From positions 117,068 through 181,067 of the forward strand of contig CAZXDT010000001.1 of assembly GCA_964639295.1 (NCBI GenBank): DNA of 64,000 nt, read 5' to 3'. Shown here in pieces: positions 1-9,156 of this stretch. The first letter of the stretch is position 1, and the number at the start of each line of letters is the position of its first letter. Made by a program: the position numbers and the translations under genes. Below the pieces are notes generated by a model that saw nothing but the letters and a program-made list of their open reading frames with translations, was not told the DNA's origin and searched no databases. This DNA comes from an uncultured Candidatus Saccharibacteria bacterium. GTDB lineage: Bacteria > Patescibacteriota > Saccharimonadia > Saccharimonadales > JALRHH01.

Positions 1-967
1 CTTTACGTACACCAATTTCACGAGTACGCTCCGTAACGGAGACCAACATAATATTCATAATACCCACACCGCCGACTATGAGTGATATAGCGGCGATACC
101 AGCGATAAGTCCGGTCAATAGGTTAAGAATATTACTAGCGATCGCCAGGCTATCTTCTTGGCGCAAGATCGTAAAGTCATCCTGGCCAGCATGTGCATCC
201 TGTAGGGCAGTATGAAGAGCCTGGACGGTAACGTCAGCCTTTGATGCATCTTTTGGCTTGACCATAATCTGCTGAATTCCAGTCTGGCCATTTGTTAATT
301 TCTTACCTGATTCAAACGGAATAAATATCGCAGAATTGTAGTCTGCATTCGGAATTAATGAAGTTGTTTTGAATTGCTCAAAAACACCAAGCACTACAAA
401 ACTACGCCCATGTATCTGCATGCTGCGACCAATAGGAACTGTCTCCTGGAACAGTGCTTCTGCAACGTTCCTACCAATCACGGCAACATCCTTACTACTG
501 TCATCTTGCCCAAAGAATGCCCCATACTCAACTTTTTGATTCAAAGATTCAGGCAGCCCGTCCGTTGTTCCCAGCACAAAACCATTTGCATACTCGCGGT
601 TCTCAACTTTAGGTGTAGCAGTCACAAAACTCATTGGCACTACACTAGCTACGCCTGGTGTTTTTCGCACAGCGTTTAAATCGTTCTCGTTCAATGCATT
701 ACCCGCAAAAGCCGTCATGTAATTAACGCCTGTGATCTTACCAGATTTATCACGAGTTACGGTCTTGCCCGGCTGTATAGTAATGAGATCGGGGCCACGG
801 TGACCAATCTGGTCACTAATCTGCTTTTTAACGCCTTCACCAATACTCACAATAGTAACCACACTCACGACACCAATAATAATACCCAGCATAGTCAGGA
901 AACTACGCCACTTTGAGGTCTTGATGGAATCCATGGCGATCTTGAAGTTGCCGGTGACCATTGCCAT
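1..967 (-). CDS. ABC transporter permease, MacB/FtsX family (N-terminal part; 3' end lies beyond the window start)
   Basis: Not in the ORF track because it runs off the edge. Manual minus-strand translation from the ATG at 967-965 gives MAMVTGNFKIAMDSIKTSKWRSFLTMLGIIIGVVSVVTIVSIGEGVKKQI... and continues to ...GGVGIMNIMLVSVTERTREIGVRK at base 1. The ATG overlaps the TAA of the upstream ATPase gene (TAATG). Confidence 0.85.
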   Translation of the reverse strand, partial: MAMVTGNFKIAMDSIKTSKWRSFLTMLGIIIGVVSVVTIVSIGEGVKKQISDQIGHRGPDLITIQPGKTVTRDKSGKITGVNYMTAFAGNALNENDLNAVRKTPGVASVVPMSFVTATPKVENREYANGFVLGTTDGLPESLNQKVEYGAFFGQDDSSKDVAVIGRNVAEALFQETVPIGRSMQIHGRSFVVLGVFEQFKTTSLIPNADYNSAIFIPFESGKKLTNGQTGIQQIMVKPKDASKADVTVQALHTALQDAHAGQDDFTILRQEDSLAIASNILNLLTGLIAGIAAISLIVGGVGIMNIMLVSVTERTREIGVRK

Positions 968-1857
968 TACTTAGTGCCTTCGGTTTTCTTAGCACGAGCC
1001 TTGTAGGTACGTTTCTTTTTGGGTGGGCTCTTTTTAGCGGTAGATTTTTTAGGCTTTTCCGGCTCTTGGTCGGGCATAGTCTTCATAAGTTCAGATACGC
1101 CCGCAAGGTCATCAGTAATAGTTTTCTTAGGCATGAAGTACATACTGCGCTTGAGCGTTGTTGGAATTTGCCCGAACTCAGTCTTTTCGTCAGCAACAAT
1201 ACTACCGTCGTGCATGAACACAACACGATCAGCGTACTTAGTTAGACTTGGGTTATGTGTAACCATCAAAATAGTGTTGCCAGCTTTATGAATATCACTC
1301 AGCAGTTCCATAACTAGTCGACTGCTTGCACTATCCAAGTTACCTGTGGGCTCATCAGCAATAATGATCTGTGGTTCGTTAATAAGTGCACGCGCAATTG
1401 CCACACGCTGCGCCTGACCGCCACTAAGTTGATGGGGAAGGAAGTATTCTCTATCAGACAGACCAACACGCTCCAGCATGATTGCAGCACGCTTAAGCCG
1501 CTTGGTTTGTAGTACACCTTTGTAGGCAAGGGGCAGCGCTACATTTTCGAGTACCGTCAGGCGGGGCAGTAGATTAAACGACTGGAAGACAAACCCAACC
1601 TTATCACGTCGAACTTTGGCACGCTGGTTGGATCGTAGCCGGGCAACGTGTTTTTCGTCGAGTATGTAATTACCATGTGTAGGACGATCTAAAAGACCGA
1701 TGAGATTCATAAGTGTTGACTTACCAGAGCCACTCGGACCCATGAAGGCAACGAACTCCCCGCGTTCAACAGAAAGACTAACTTCGTCGAGCGCAACCGT
1801 TGTCGCATCACCGAAGCCATACAGCTTATTTACATCTTCCAATCGAATAATAGGCAT
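967..1857 (-). CDS. ABC transporter ATP-binding protein (MacB/LolD-like) with a lysine-rich C-terminal tail
   Basis: Walker A GPSGSGKST, ABC signature LSGGQAQR and Walker B IIIADEPT. The C-terminus is EKPKKSTAKKSPPKKKRTYKARAKK. Translationally coupled to the downstream permease. Confidence 0.95.
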   Translation of the reverse strand: MPIIRLEDVNKLYGFGDATTVALDEVSLSVERGEFVAFMGPSGSGKSTLMNLIGLLDRPTHGNYILDEKHVARLRSNQRAKVRRDKVGFVFQSFNLLPRLTVLENVALPLAYKGVLQTKRLKRAAIMLERVGLSDREYFLPHQLSGGQAQRVAIARALINEPQIIIADEPTGNLDSASSRLVMELLSDIHKAGNTILMVTHNPSLTKYADRVVFMHDGSIVADEKTEFGQIPTTLKRSMYFMPKKTITDDLAGVSELMKTMPDQEPEKPKKSTAKKSPPKKKRTYKARAKKTEGTK

Positions 1858-1950
1858 TAACCTATAGTGTACCCCTTTAGTAACAGCGTATTCAAGATGA
1901 AAATTACCTATTTTTTAGGTATACTAGCCGAGTACTTAAAAAGACAGCAC

Positions 1951-2040
1951 GGAGAGGTCGCATAGTGGCCGAGTGCGCCACCTTGGAAAGGTGGTATATC
2001 CGCAAGGGTATCGAGGGTTCGAATCCCTCTCTCTCCGCCA
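1951..2040 (+). tRNA. tRNA-Ser (anticodon GGA), CCA encoded
   Basis: Acceptor GGAGAGG/TCTCTCC. Anticodon arm CCACC-TTGGAAA-GGTGG. Long variable arm. T-arm GAGGG-TTCGAAT-CCCTC. Ends GCCA. Confidence 0.9.
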
Positions 2041-2046
2041 CGATCA

Positions 2047-2619
2047 CTAGGTTATTGTAAGTTCTTCAATCAACCGTGGAAATTCTTCCGACTTCATGGT
2101 GTTACCGATCATAAAATGCCCGTAGCCACTGAGCTGTAACAGGTGACTACCTACGACCGTATCAGTAATGGCTCTGGCGCGTGCATTAATCCCATCACTG
2201 TCATCAATCGACGTCATAATAGTTAGTCGTTCAATTCTTTCCCGTAATTTATTGTCTATTTCAAATTCCGAAAAGTCACCGTATTTGGCATCAGCATCAG
2301 TCCATGGAGCTACCAATACAACCTTATTCGCCTCTTGCTGAGGATTCTCTGACAACCAACGCAAGATAAACTCTGCACCCGTACTATGTCCAACTAAAGA
2401 TGTTTGTGCAGTTAGGGGTTCGCGTTCAAAAACTGTCTTCCAATCCTTATATACTGGATGGTATGGTTTGGGCATAGCGAGTATCGAGGTTTTAATGCCG
2501 AGTCTACCTAACTCTTTTGCGGTCCATGGTAGCCAATTGGCCTCATGTGGCTTTGGTATATCAGGGTTCTCATATCGTTGGCGAGACGGTTTACCGTGTA
2601 CTATTATTGTATTTTTCAT
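2047..2619 (-). CDS. alpha/beta serine hydrolase, YdeN/RBBP9-like
   Basis: 190 aa with nucleophile elbow LVGHSTGA. Size and layout are typical of the small YdeN-type hydrolases. Confidence 0.6.
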   Translation of the reverse strand: MKNTIIVHGKPSRQRYENPDIPKPHEANWLPWTAKELGRLGIKTSILAMPKPYHPVYKDWKTVFEREPLTAQTSLVGHSTGAEFILRWLSENPQQEANKVVLVAPWTDADAKYGDFSEFEIDNKLRERIERLTIMTSIDDSDGINARARAITDTVVGSHLLQLSGYGHFMIGNTMKSEEFPRLIEELTIT

Positions 2620-2694
2620 ATTAAGTTATATTATACCATATATGTCAATATATCCAAGATAACCTACTCTTTAACAATCTGCTAGAGTATACGT

Positions 2695-3477
2695 ATGTAC
2701 GGCATGTCCGAAACCTTTGTCACAATTGCACTTACAGTTCTGATATATATGATCTCTTGGTTTGTTTTGGCAGTGTTGCTTAAACGCCGCGATGTTGTTG
2801 ATAGTGCCTGGGGTCTGGGCTTTATCTTAGTTGGTTTTGTCGCCTATAGCATGCGCAACAACGACTCCATTTTTACACATATCACTTTTGTACTAGTTAG
2901 TGCCTGGGGTCTACGTCTTTTCGCACACATCACTCGTCGCAACTGGAAGAAGAAAGAAGATTACCGCTACGCCGCGATGGGTAGCCTTAACGTATTTACC
3001 TCGTGGGTAAAAGTCTTCTTTAGCGTATTTGTACTACAAGGCATCCTCATGATTGCAATTAGCACACCCGTTATTACAATCATGGCGAGTTCTAATCAGG
3101 CCATCCCGGCGATTGCAGTAGTTGGTTCTACTGTCTGGCTACTAGGAATCGTCACGGAAGCAACTGCCGATTTCCAATTACGACGATTTATAACCGCCAA
3201 GAAAAAGGGAATCATGCAGTCAGGTCTGTGGCGCTACAGTCGTCACCCAAACTACTTTGGTGAAATTACTGCCTGGTGGGGTGCTGCCATCTTAGCTTTG
3301 TCATTCAATGAATGGTGGGGAATTATTGGTGCGCTGGTCATTACAATTTTAATTGTTAAGATATCTGGCATACCTTTGCTCGAAAAACGGTATGCCAAAG
3401 ACTCCGAGTATCAGAAATATGCCAAACGCACATCTAAGCTTATTCCGCTCCCCGTAAAAGGCCGTGAAAACGCGTGA
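2695..3477 (+). CDS. DUF1295 / steroid 5-alpha-reductase-like membrane protein
   Basis: Polytopic membrane protein with the C-terminal motif RYSRHPNYFGE, characteristic of the DUF1295/ICMT-like fold. Confidence 0.65.
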   Translation: MYGMSETFVTIALTVLIYMISWFVLAVLLKRRDVVDSAWGLGFILVGFVAYSMRNNDSIFTHITFVLVSAWGLRLFAHITRRNWKKKEDYRYAAMGSLNVFTSWVKVFFSVFVLQGILMIAISTPVITIMASSNQAIPAIAVVGSTVWLLGIVTEATADFQLRRFITAKKKGIMQSGLWRYSRHPNYFGEITAWWGAAILALSFNEWWGIIGALVITILIVKISGIPLLEKRYAKDSEYQKYAKRTSKLIPLPVKGRENA

Positions 3478-4076
3478 AAACTTCACATGTTATTCTCTAT
3501 ATCCCTGGGCTTGGGGACAAAAACCTTGGTGGACGACGAAAGCTGCTTTCACTCTGGCATTACAAGAATGTCTCTATTGAAATCTGCCCGATGTACTGGA
3601 CGGTTGACGAAACATGGCAGGTAAAACTAAGTAAACTACTAGCAAGAGTCGACGAGTTACACGCTCAAGGTAGGGTTGTGTCACTTATTGGCGAAAGTGC
3701 AGGCGCAACAGCTGTCGTTCAGGCACTCGAACAGAGGACTAGCTCTTTGAACCTCGTCATACTGCTTTGCGGCAAATCCCAGTTTCCGGAACGGGTGGCT
3801 GCAGCTCGCTATCGTGACAACCCAGCGCTCAAGAATGCCTTAGTTGCATCATCGCAGGCAGTTGCCAGACTTACCCCATCTCAAAAATCTATGATGATCA
3901 ATCTACACCCATTATTTGATCCAGTTGTGCCAGTACCCGAGACTAAAATACCCGAGGTCAAAAATATAATGATGCCGAGTATTGGTCATGCAACAAGTAT
4001 TGTCTTTGCAAACACACTTTGGAGCTGGAAGATTGTTCGGTGTATCAAAAAATCAGCTAATAGTCGTACCGACTGA
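3474..4076 (+). CDS. putative alpha/beta hydrolase (lipase-like GxSxG)
   Basis: 200 aa with LIGESAGA (GxSxG). Its start overlaps the stop of the upstream gene. Confidence 0.45.
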   Translation: MKTSHVILYIPGLGDKNLGGRRKLLSLWHYKNVSIEICPMYWTVDETWQVKLSKLLARVDELHAQGRVVSLIGESAGATAVVQALEQRTSSLNLVILLCGKSQFPERVAAARYRDNPALKNALVASSQAVARLTPSQKSMMINLHPLFDPVVPVPETKIPEVKNIMMPSIGHATSIVFANTLWSWKIVRCIKKSANSRTD

Positions 4077-4760
4077 TTCACCACGAGCTACGCGAAGAAT
4101 AGTGTCAGGTGTCATTGCGTCAAAGATAACTAGTTTCATGCCGTGCTCCATAGCAAGGCCCATGGCCGCTTTGTCCATAACCTGAATATTGTTATTGGCC
4201 AGTGCCTGGTCGTGCGTTACCGCATCAAGCTTTTCAGCATCATCGTGCTTTGCTGGATCCTTGTCATATACACCATCAACTTTTGTAGCTTTAAGTACGA
4301 CTTCGCAGTCCATCTCAAGCGCCAATACAACTGCCGCTGTATCAGTAGTCATATACGGACGGCCTGCGCCACCAGCCACTATCACAACACGACCTTTTTC
4401 GAGATGTTTCTCCGCTAAACGGAAGACGAACTTCTCCGCAACCTGTTCAGCAAAAATATTACTCAAACAGCGCGTAGCAACACCATGATGTTCAAAGATA
4501 TCTGTCAAAGCCAGAGCGTTGATCATGGTAGCAAGCATGCCCATGTGATCACCAGTAACACGCTTAATGCCATGTCCGGCAATTTGGGCACCGCGAACAA
4601 TATTGCCACCACCGATGACTATTACTATCCCTGTACCGTCTGCAACTACTTTTTTGACTTCTTCTGCCAGCCAACTAGCTACTTCTGGATCAATGCCATT
4701 TTCAAACTTGCCAGCTAGCTGCTCACCTGATAGTTTTAATAGAATTCGCTTATAAGCCAT
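4053..4760 (-). CDS. pyrH: UMP kinase
   Basis: MAYKRILLKLSGEQLAG..., VIVIGGGNIVRG. Start moved to the internal Met (MAYKR) of track ORF 4053..4820. Confidence 0.9.
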   Translation of the reverse strand: MAYKRILLKLSGEQLAGKFENGIDPEVASWLAEEVKKVVADGTGIVIVIGGGNIVRGAQIAGHGIKRVTGDHMGMLATMINALALTDIFEHHGVATRCLSNIFAEQVAEKFVFRLAEKHLEKGRVVIVAGGAGRPYMTTDTAAVVLALEMDCEVVLKATKVDGVYDKDPAKHDDAEKLDAVTHDQALANNNIQVMDKAAMGLAMEHGMKLVIFDAMTPDTILRVARGESVGTTIS

Positions 4761-4828
4761 TGGGTACCAGTGTAGCATATCTATCCCTGCGCTTGACACG
4801 CAGATCGTGTTACATAACACTAAGTATT

Positions 4829-5773
4829 ATGAGTCCAGATACAAACACGCCGCTCGGGCAACCAACACCCGTAACCGAACCACAAATCGCGAGAGCACCT
4901 GCATATAAGCTCTTTTCCTACGGCAGCATGCTCGTAGGTACCATCTTTGGCAGTGGTTTTGCATTCATATATTTCATGTATAAAAACTATAAGAATATGG
5001 GCATGCTCGGCAAAGCATGGACAAGTATCCCACTAGGACTCCTCGGGTTTGGAGCGATTATTTTTGGCACCATTTTCCTGGAAGACCACACATCCATAAC
5101 GCTAAACGCTGGTTCTGTGAACGGGATATATATAGCCTGCGCAATGTTAGCTATTCGAGCAACCCAGTACGAACGCGTTATGCAACATAAAAAATCCGGC
5201 GGCGAATTTTACTCAGGCGTACGAGTATTTATTATTTCGGTACTCGGGCTGCTACTGGCTCTTAGTACATTCGTAGGGTTGTTACTTATTGATGCTAGGC
5301 AAAACAAGGTATCACTGCTCGACCAACTTTCCATTACCTTATCAAATTATGATTCTGAAAAGCACGATCGGCTTATTAACGAGTTCAACGCCAATGAAGA
5401 GAAGGCGCTGGTAGTAAACGAGCTGCCAAGTACTACGCCAAGCAGTCAGTACATTGCGACCCTCGATAGTAGCGTTGCAATCTTCAAGCAAAATCTGAGT
5501 ATTCTAAACGAGATCCAGGCATTACCAGGACTACCTAAAAGACTGCAGCAAGATAATAGCAAGATGATTGAGTATGTGAATCTACGTATTCAAGAGTTTG
5601 GGTTACTTAAGCAAGAGGAGGTTGAAAAGGACTACGCCAAATACAAGAGTGAAATAGAGAGTATAGGCAATCGTATCCGTGCAATACAAAAGGAATTGGG
5701 CATTGAAGACACTACGCCAGCGCCTGACATGAGCCCGAGCAGCCTCACAGTCGACCCCGACCCATTGAATTAA
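4829..5773 (+). CDS. hypothetical membrane protein with a coiled C-terminal half
   Basis: Track ORF 4760..5773. The likely start is MSPDTNTPLG at 4829. Several hydrophobic helices are followed by a charged region. Confidence 0.5.
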   Translation: MSPDTNTPLGQPTPVTEPQIARAPAYKLFSYGSMLVGTIFGSGFAFIYFMYKNYKNMGMLGKAWTSIPLGLLGFGAIIFGTIFLEDHTSITLNAGSVNGIYIACAMLAIRATQYERVMQHKKSGGEFYSGVRVFIISVLGLLLALSTFVGLLLIDARQNKVSLLDQLSITLSNYDSEKHDRLINEFNANEEKALVVNELPSTTPSSQYIATLDSSVAIFKQNLSILNEIQALPGLPKRLQQDNSKMIEYVNLRIQEFGLLKQEEVEKDYAKYKSEIESIGNRIRAIQKELGIEDTTPAPDMSPSSLTVDPDPLN

Positions 5774-5816
5774 TTGCCAATAACCTGACAGCAATACTTA
5801 GAGATTGGAAGTAGTA

Positions 5817-5843
5817 AACACTCGCATCGAGCGAGTGTTTTTT
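5817..5843 (+). terminator. rho-independent terminator
   Basis: AACACTCGC-ATCGA-GCGAGTGTT followed by a T-run. Confidence 0.6.
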
Positions 5844-5870
5844 ATAACGGAGACATACTATACTAGTGAT

Positions 5871-6668
5871 ATGAAGATATACAGTTGGAACGTGAACGGA
5901 ATCAGGGCAGTTGTCAAAAAAGAAACTTTTCAAAGCTTCATGGCAGAGCACCAACCCGATATTCTGTGCCTACAAGAAACCAAGGCAGAACAGGGTCAAG
6001 CAATAATTGACCTAGATGGATATATGGAATACTGGAACTCGTCCCAGGCAAAAAAAGGCTACAGCGGTACTGCTATCTTTACCAAGACCACGCCTATTGC
6101 AGTTATTAATGACATCCCCGCAGAAATAGCGGATGCCAGTGGCCTTACTGCTGATGGATACGGTGATGCAAATAAAGAAGGTCGTGTTATCGCTGCTGAA
6201 TATGATGATTTTTATGTCGTAACTGCTTATACCCCAAACGCCAAAGATGGGCTAGCGCGCATTGATCTACGGCAGAAATGGGATGCAGCTATGATCACAT
6301 ATTGTGCGCAACTTCAGGAGAAAAAGCCTGTTATTTACTGTGGTGATATGAATGTTGCGCACACAGAAGACGACCTTGCAAACCCTAAGTCTAATCGTGG
6401 CAAAAAGGGCTTTAGCGATGAAGAACGTGCTGGGTTTGATGACTGGCTCGCAGCTGGTTTTATAGATACCTTACGGTTATTCAAAAAGGGTAATGGATTC
6501 TACACTTGGTGGAGCCACTTTGCTAATGCTCGTGCACGAAACGTTGGTTGGCGCATCGATTACTTCCTCGTATCTGCAAGTATCAAGGATATAGTCAAAG
6601 CTGCAGAGATACACCCATCAGTCATGGGCTCCGACCACTGCCCAGTCAGTGTACAAATGGACTTTTAG
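5871..6668 (+). CDS. xth: exodeoxyribonuclease III
   Basis: MKIYSWNVNGIRA, LCLQETK, C-terminal GSDHCPV. Start set at the internal Met of the track ORF. Confidence 0.9.
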   Translation: MKIYSWNVNGIRAVVKKETFQSFMAEHQPDILCLQETKAEQGQAIIDLDGYMEYWNSSQAKKGYSGTAIFTKTTPIAVINDIPAEIADASGLTADGYGDANKEGRVIAAEYDDFYVVTAYTPNAKDGLARIDLRQKWDAAMITYCAQLQEKKPVIYCGDMNVAHTEDDLANPKSNRGKKGFSDEERAGFDDWLAAGFIDTLRLFKKGNGFYTWWSHFANARARNVGWRIDYFLVSASIKDIVKAAEIHPSVMGSDHCPVSVQMDF

Positions 6669-7460
6669 ATGAGCTTGAATGAATACTGGCTCAAGCAGAC
6701 AACGGGGAAGCTACTCTTCCCAGAATTAGAGTGGTCTAAGCCAGAGAATAAACGACATGCAGGTAAGTTGCTCGTCATCGGTGGTAATTTGCATGGATTT
6801 TCTGCACCAGCAACCGCATTCAATGAGGCGGGTAAGGCAGGTATTGGTACTGCACGAGTTCTACTACCAGACGCTATCCAGAAAGTTGTTAAGACATTCT
6901 TGCCAGAAGCCAGCTATGGTCCAAGCACGCCAAGTGGTAGCTTTGCTCAGCGTAGTATTGCTGACTGGCTAGAACAGGCAAGCTGGGCTGACGGAGTACT
7001 ACTGGCAGGCGATCTTGGACGCAATAGTGAAACCGCAATTGTAGTAGAATCATTTCTGCAAAAACACACCGGAGCCGTTACGCTAACTAAAGATGCTGTG
7101 GATTATGTTACTACTAACCCTAGCCATGTACTGTCCCGACAGGACACCACACTCGTCCTTAGCTTTGCGCAACTACAGAGACTAGCTATTAACGCTAAGT
7201 TTACGAGCGCATTCACGTTTGATATGGATCTCATTCGACTGGTTGGCATGCTCCACGAATTCATTACCACGCATCAGTCATATATTGTCACCAAGCATCT
7301 TGATACTTTACTCGTTGCGGTAAACGGACAAGTTAGCACAACCAAGCTCGCAAAGGACATTGATGTGTGGCGCGCTGCTACGGCAGCCAAAACTGCTGTA
7401 TGGTGGCTCCAGCACCCAAACAAACCATTCGAAGCCCTGACAACCGCCCTTGTTGCCTAG
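6669..7460 (+). CDS. YjeF C-terminal/carbohydrate-kinase-like protein (divergent NAD(P)HX dehydratase-like)
   Basis: LLVIGGNLHGFSAPATAFNEAGKAGIGTARVLLP resembles the YjeF_C N-terminal signature. The usual C-terminal GxGD motif is not evident. Confidence 0.45.
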   Translation: MSLNEYWLKQTTGKLLFPELEWSKPENKRHAGKLLVIGGNLHGFSAPATAFNEAGKAGIGTARVLLPDAIQKVVKTFLPEASYGPSTPSGSFAQRSIADWLEQASWADGVLLAGDLGRNSETAIVVESFLQKHTGAVTLTKDAVDYVTTNPSHVLSRQDTTLVLSFAQLQRLAINAKFTSAFTFDMDLIRLVGMLHEFITTHQSYIVTKHLDTLLVAVNGQVSTTKLAKDIDVWRAATAAKTAVWWLQHPNKPFEALTTALVA

Positions 7461-7500
7461 AGGAGGGTGTAGTACAATACACCCCTGTAATATGATTTAA

Positions 7501-7588
7501 GCCGCGGTGGTGGAATTGGTAGACACGCCGGACTCAAAATCCTGTGAGCATTACGCTCGTGCCGGTTCAAGTCCGGCCCGCGGTACCA
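7501..7588 (+). tRNA. tRNA-Leu (anticodon CAA), CCA encoded
   Basis: Acceptor GCCGCGG/CCGCGGT. Anticodon loop CTCAAAA. Long variable arm. T-arm GCCGG-TTCAAGT-CCGGC. Confidence 0.9.
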
Positions 7589-7597
7589 AATAAAAAA

Positions 7598-7619
7598 CTC
7601 TACACGCGTAGAGTTTTTT
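7598..7619 (+). terminator. rho-independent terminator after tRNA-Leu
   Basis: CTCTAC-ACGC-GTAGAG followed by TTTTTT. Confidence 0.7.
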
Positions 7620-7655
7620 ATTTAGTTAAGCGCTACAGGTATAATAGGAATCAAC

Positions 7656-8885
7656 ATGGACCCATCAGATGACGATCAGACAAAACGGTACGACCTGTCA
7701 GCCCGCAATGACAAGGTTATTCAGCCCCTACATGATAATATCCAACCTGCCTCTCCAGTGAGTACTAATGCTGCTGCAGATCTTATCCGTAGCAAGCTCG
7801 ATAGCCTGTTTGCTGACGAACCCAAAGCTAAAGAAGAGATCGCTGAAGCAGAAGTCGTAAAACACCGTAGTAAGCACCAACAATTCATGTATGATCTGAG
7901 TCACTCTGGTAAATCCTTAGCAGATATCCAGACGCAGTGGCACCAATACTATGTGAACCTGCCGAATGACCAAAAACACGAAGTCTGGCAGGAATTCTAT
8001 GCCACACATAATCAAATCAATGTAGCTAAACCAGTGTCCCATAGCAATACCCCAGCTCATCGTGAGGCGCCGCAGCATCCTGCACATGTAGCAACAACAC
8101 ACGACCAACGGACCGCATCAGAAGTGAAGCAAGAACTCCTTGGTCACGTCCGAAAACGCCGCAAACTGACCAAGAAAGACCATTTGCATTCTCTTGCGTT
8201 TGGACTCAGCATGGGCCTAATCACCATATTATTCCTGTTATTTGGATTCTTTAACGAACGATTTATTGCGCCGTTTATTACCCCAAGCCGTAGTGTGAGC
8301 TCAACACCCATAATTATTGACCCGACTAATGCAGCAGTGGGTCCTGAATCTAAAATAATAATTCCGAAAATTAATGTAGAGATCCCTGTTATCAATGACG
8401 TACCCACTATCGAGGAGTCAGCTGTAGAGAAGGGTCTTGAACGGGGAGTTGTGCACTACGCTACTACCCCCAACCCCGGGGAAATCGGCAATGGTGTGAT
8501 ATTTGGCCACTCTGCCAACAACATCCTCAATCATGGCAAGTATAAATTCGCCTTTGTCCTGCTCAAACGACTCGAACCTGGAGATGTGTTCTATATTCAG
8601 AAGGACGGTAAGCGCTATGCCTACAAGGTTTTTGAAAAAAAGGTCGTACCACCAACTGATGTCTCAGTGCTATATCCAACATACCCAGATAAGCCGGCAA
8701 CCTTCACGCTCATCACCTGTGACCCACCAGGAACAAGCCTAAACCGTCTTGTAGTACATGCAGAGCAGATAAGCCCAGATCCAAAGGCTAACACCGCCAG
8801 CACCGCCAAACACACGACTGCTGAGCCGACAGTCTTGCCCAGCAACTCTCCGACACTCTGGCAGCGTATAAAAGACTGGTTCTAA
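7656..8885 (+). CDS. sortase family transpeptidase with a long N-terminal extension
   Basis: TM segment, then a catalytic domain with VIFGHSANN (His), TLITCDPPGT (TLxTC Cys) and a downstream Arg. Confidence 0.8.
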   Translation: MDPSDDDQTKRYDLSARNDKVIQPLHDNIQPASPVSTNAAADLIRSKLDSLFADEPKAKEEIAEAEVVKHRSKHQQFMYDLSHSGKSLADIQTQWHQYYVNLPNDQKHEVWQEFYATHNQINVAKPVSHSNTPAHREAPQHPAHVATTHDQRTASEVKQELLGHVRKRRKLTKKDHLHSLAFGLSMGLITILFLLFGFFNERFIAPFITPSRSVSSTPIIIDPTNAAVGPESKIIIPKINVEIPVINDVPTIEESAVEKGLERGVVHYATTPNPGEIGNGVIFGHSANNILNHGKYKFAFVLLKRLEPGDVFYIQKDGKRYAYKVFEKKVVPPTDVSVLYPTYPDKPATFTLITCDPPGTSLNRLVVHAEQISPDPKANTASTAKHTTAEPTVLPSNSPTLWQRIKDWF

Positions 8886-8888
8886 GTT

Positions 8889-9152
8889 ATGAGCAAGAAA
8901 AAACCTGTTGATGAAATCCAGCGCGGTTGGGATATATTTAAACGTCCAAACGATGGACAATTATTCCAACATTACAAGGGTGGGAAGTACATAATTGTTG
9001 CTACTGGTTTTTTAGAAGATAGCGAATCTCCGTGTGTCATATACCGTTCATTAGAAAAGAATATTGTCTGGGTACGCACCGCTAAAAATTTTCTCGAGGA
9101 AATCGAGCACAACGGCAAACAGGTGCCTCGGTTTAGACTAGTAGAAGGGTAA
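8889..9152 (+). CDS. DUF1653 domain protein
   Basis: FQHYKGGKYIIVATGFLEDSESPCVIYRSL...VWVRTAKNFLE matches my recollection of the DUF1653 pattern. Confidence 0.55.
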   Translation: MSKKKPVDEIQRGWDIFKRPNDGQLFQHYKGGKYIIVATGFLEDSESPCVIYRSLEKNIVWVRTAKNFLEEIEHNGKQVPRFRLVEG

Positions 9153-9156
9153 GTAA

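Noticed and set aside
4761-4820. Longer pyrH start (track ORF 4053..4820). Similar upstream extensions occur for xth (5805), gltX (12391), the TraD-like ATPase (19059), umuC (23809) and glyQS (62984).
   Set aside because: In each case the conserved N-terminus of the family begins at an internal Met. The extension either overlaps a neighbouring gene or lacks family-typical sequence.
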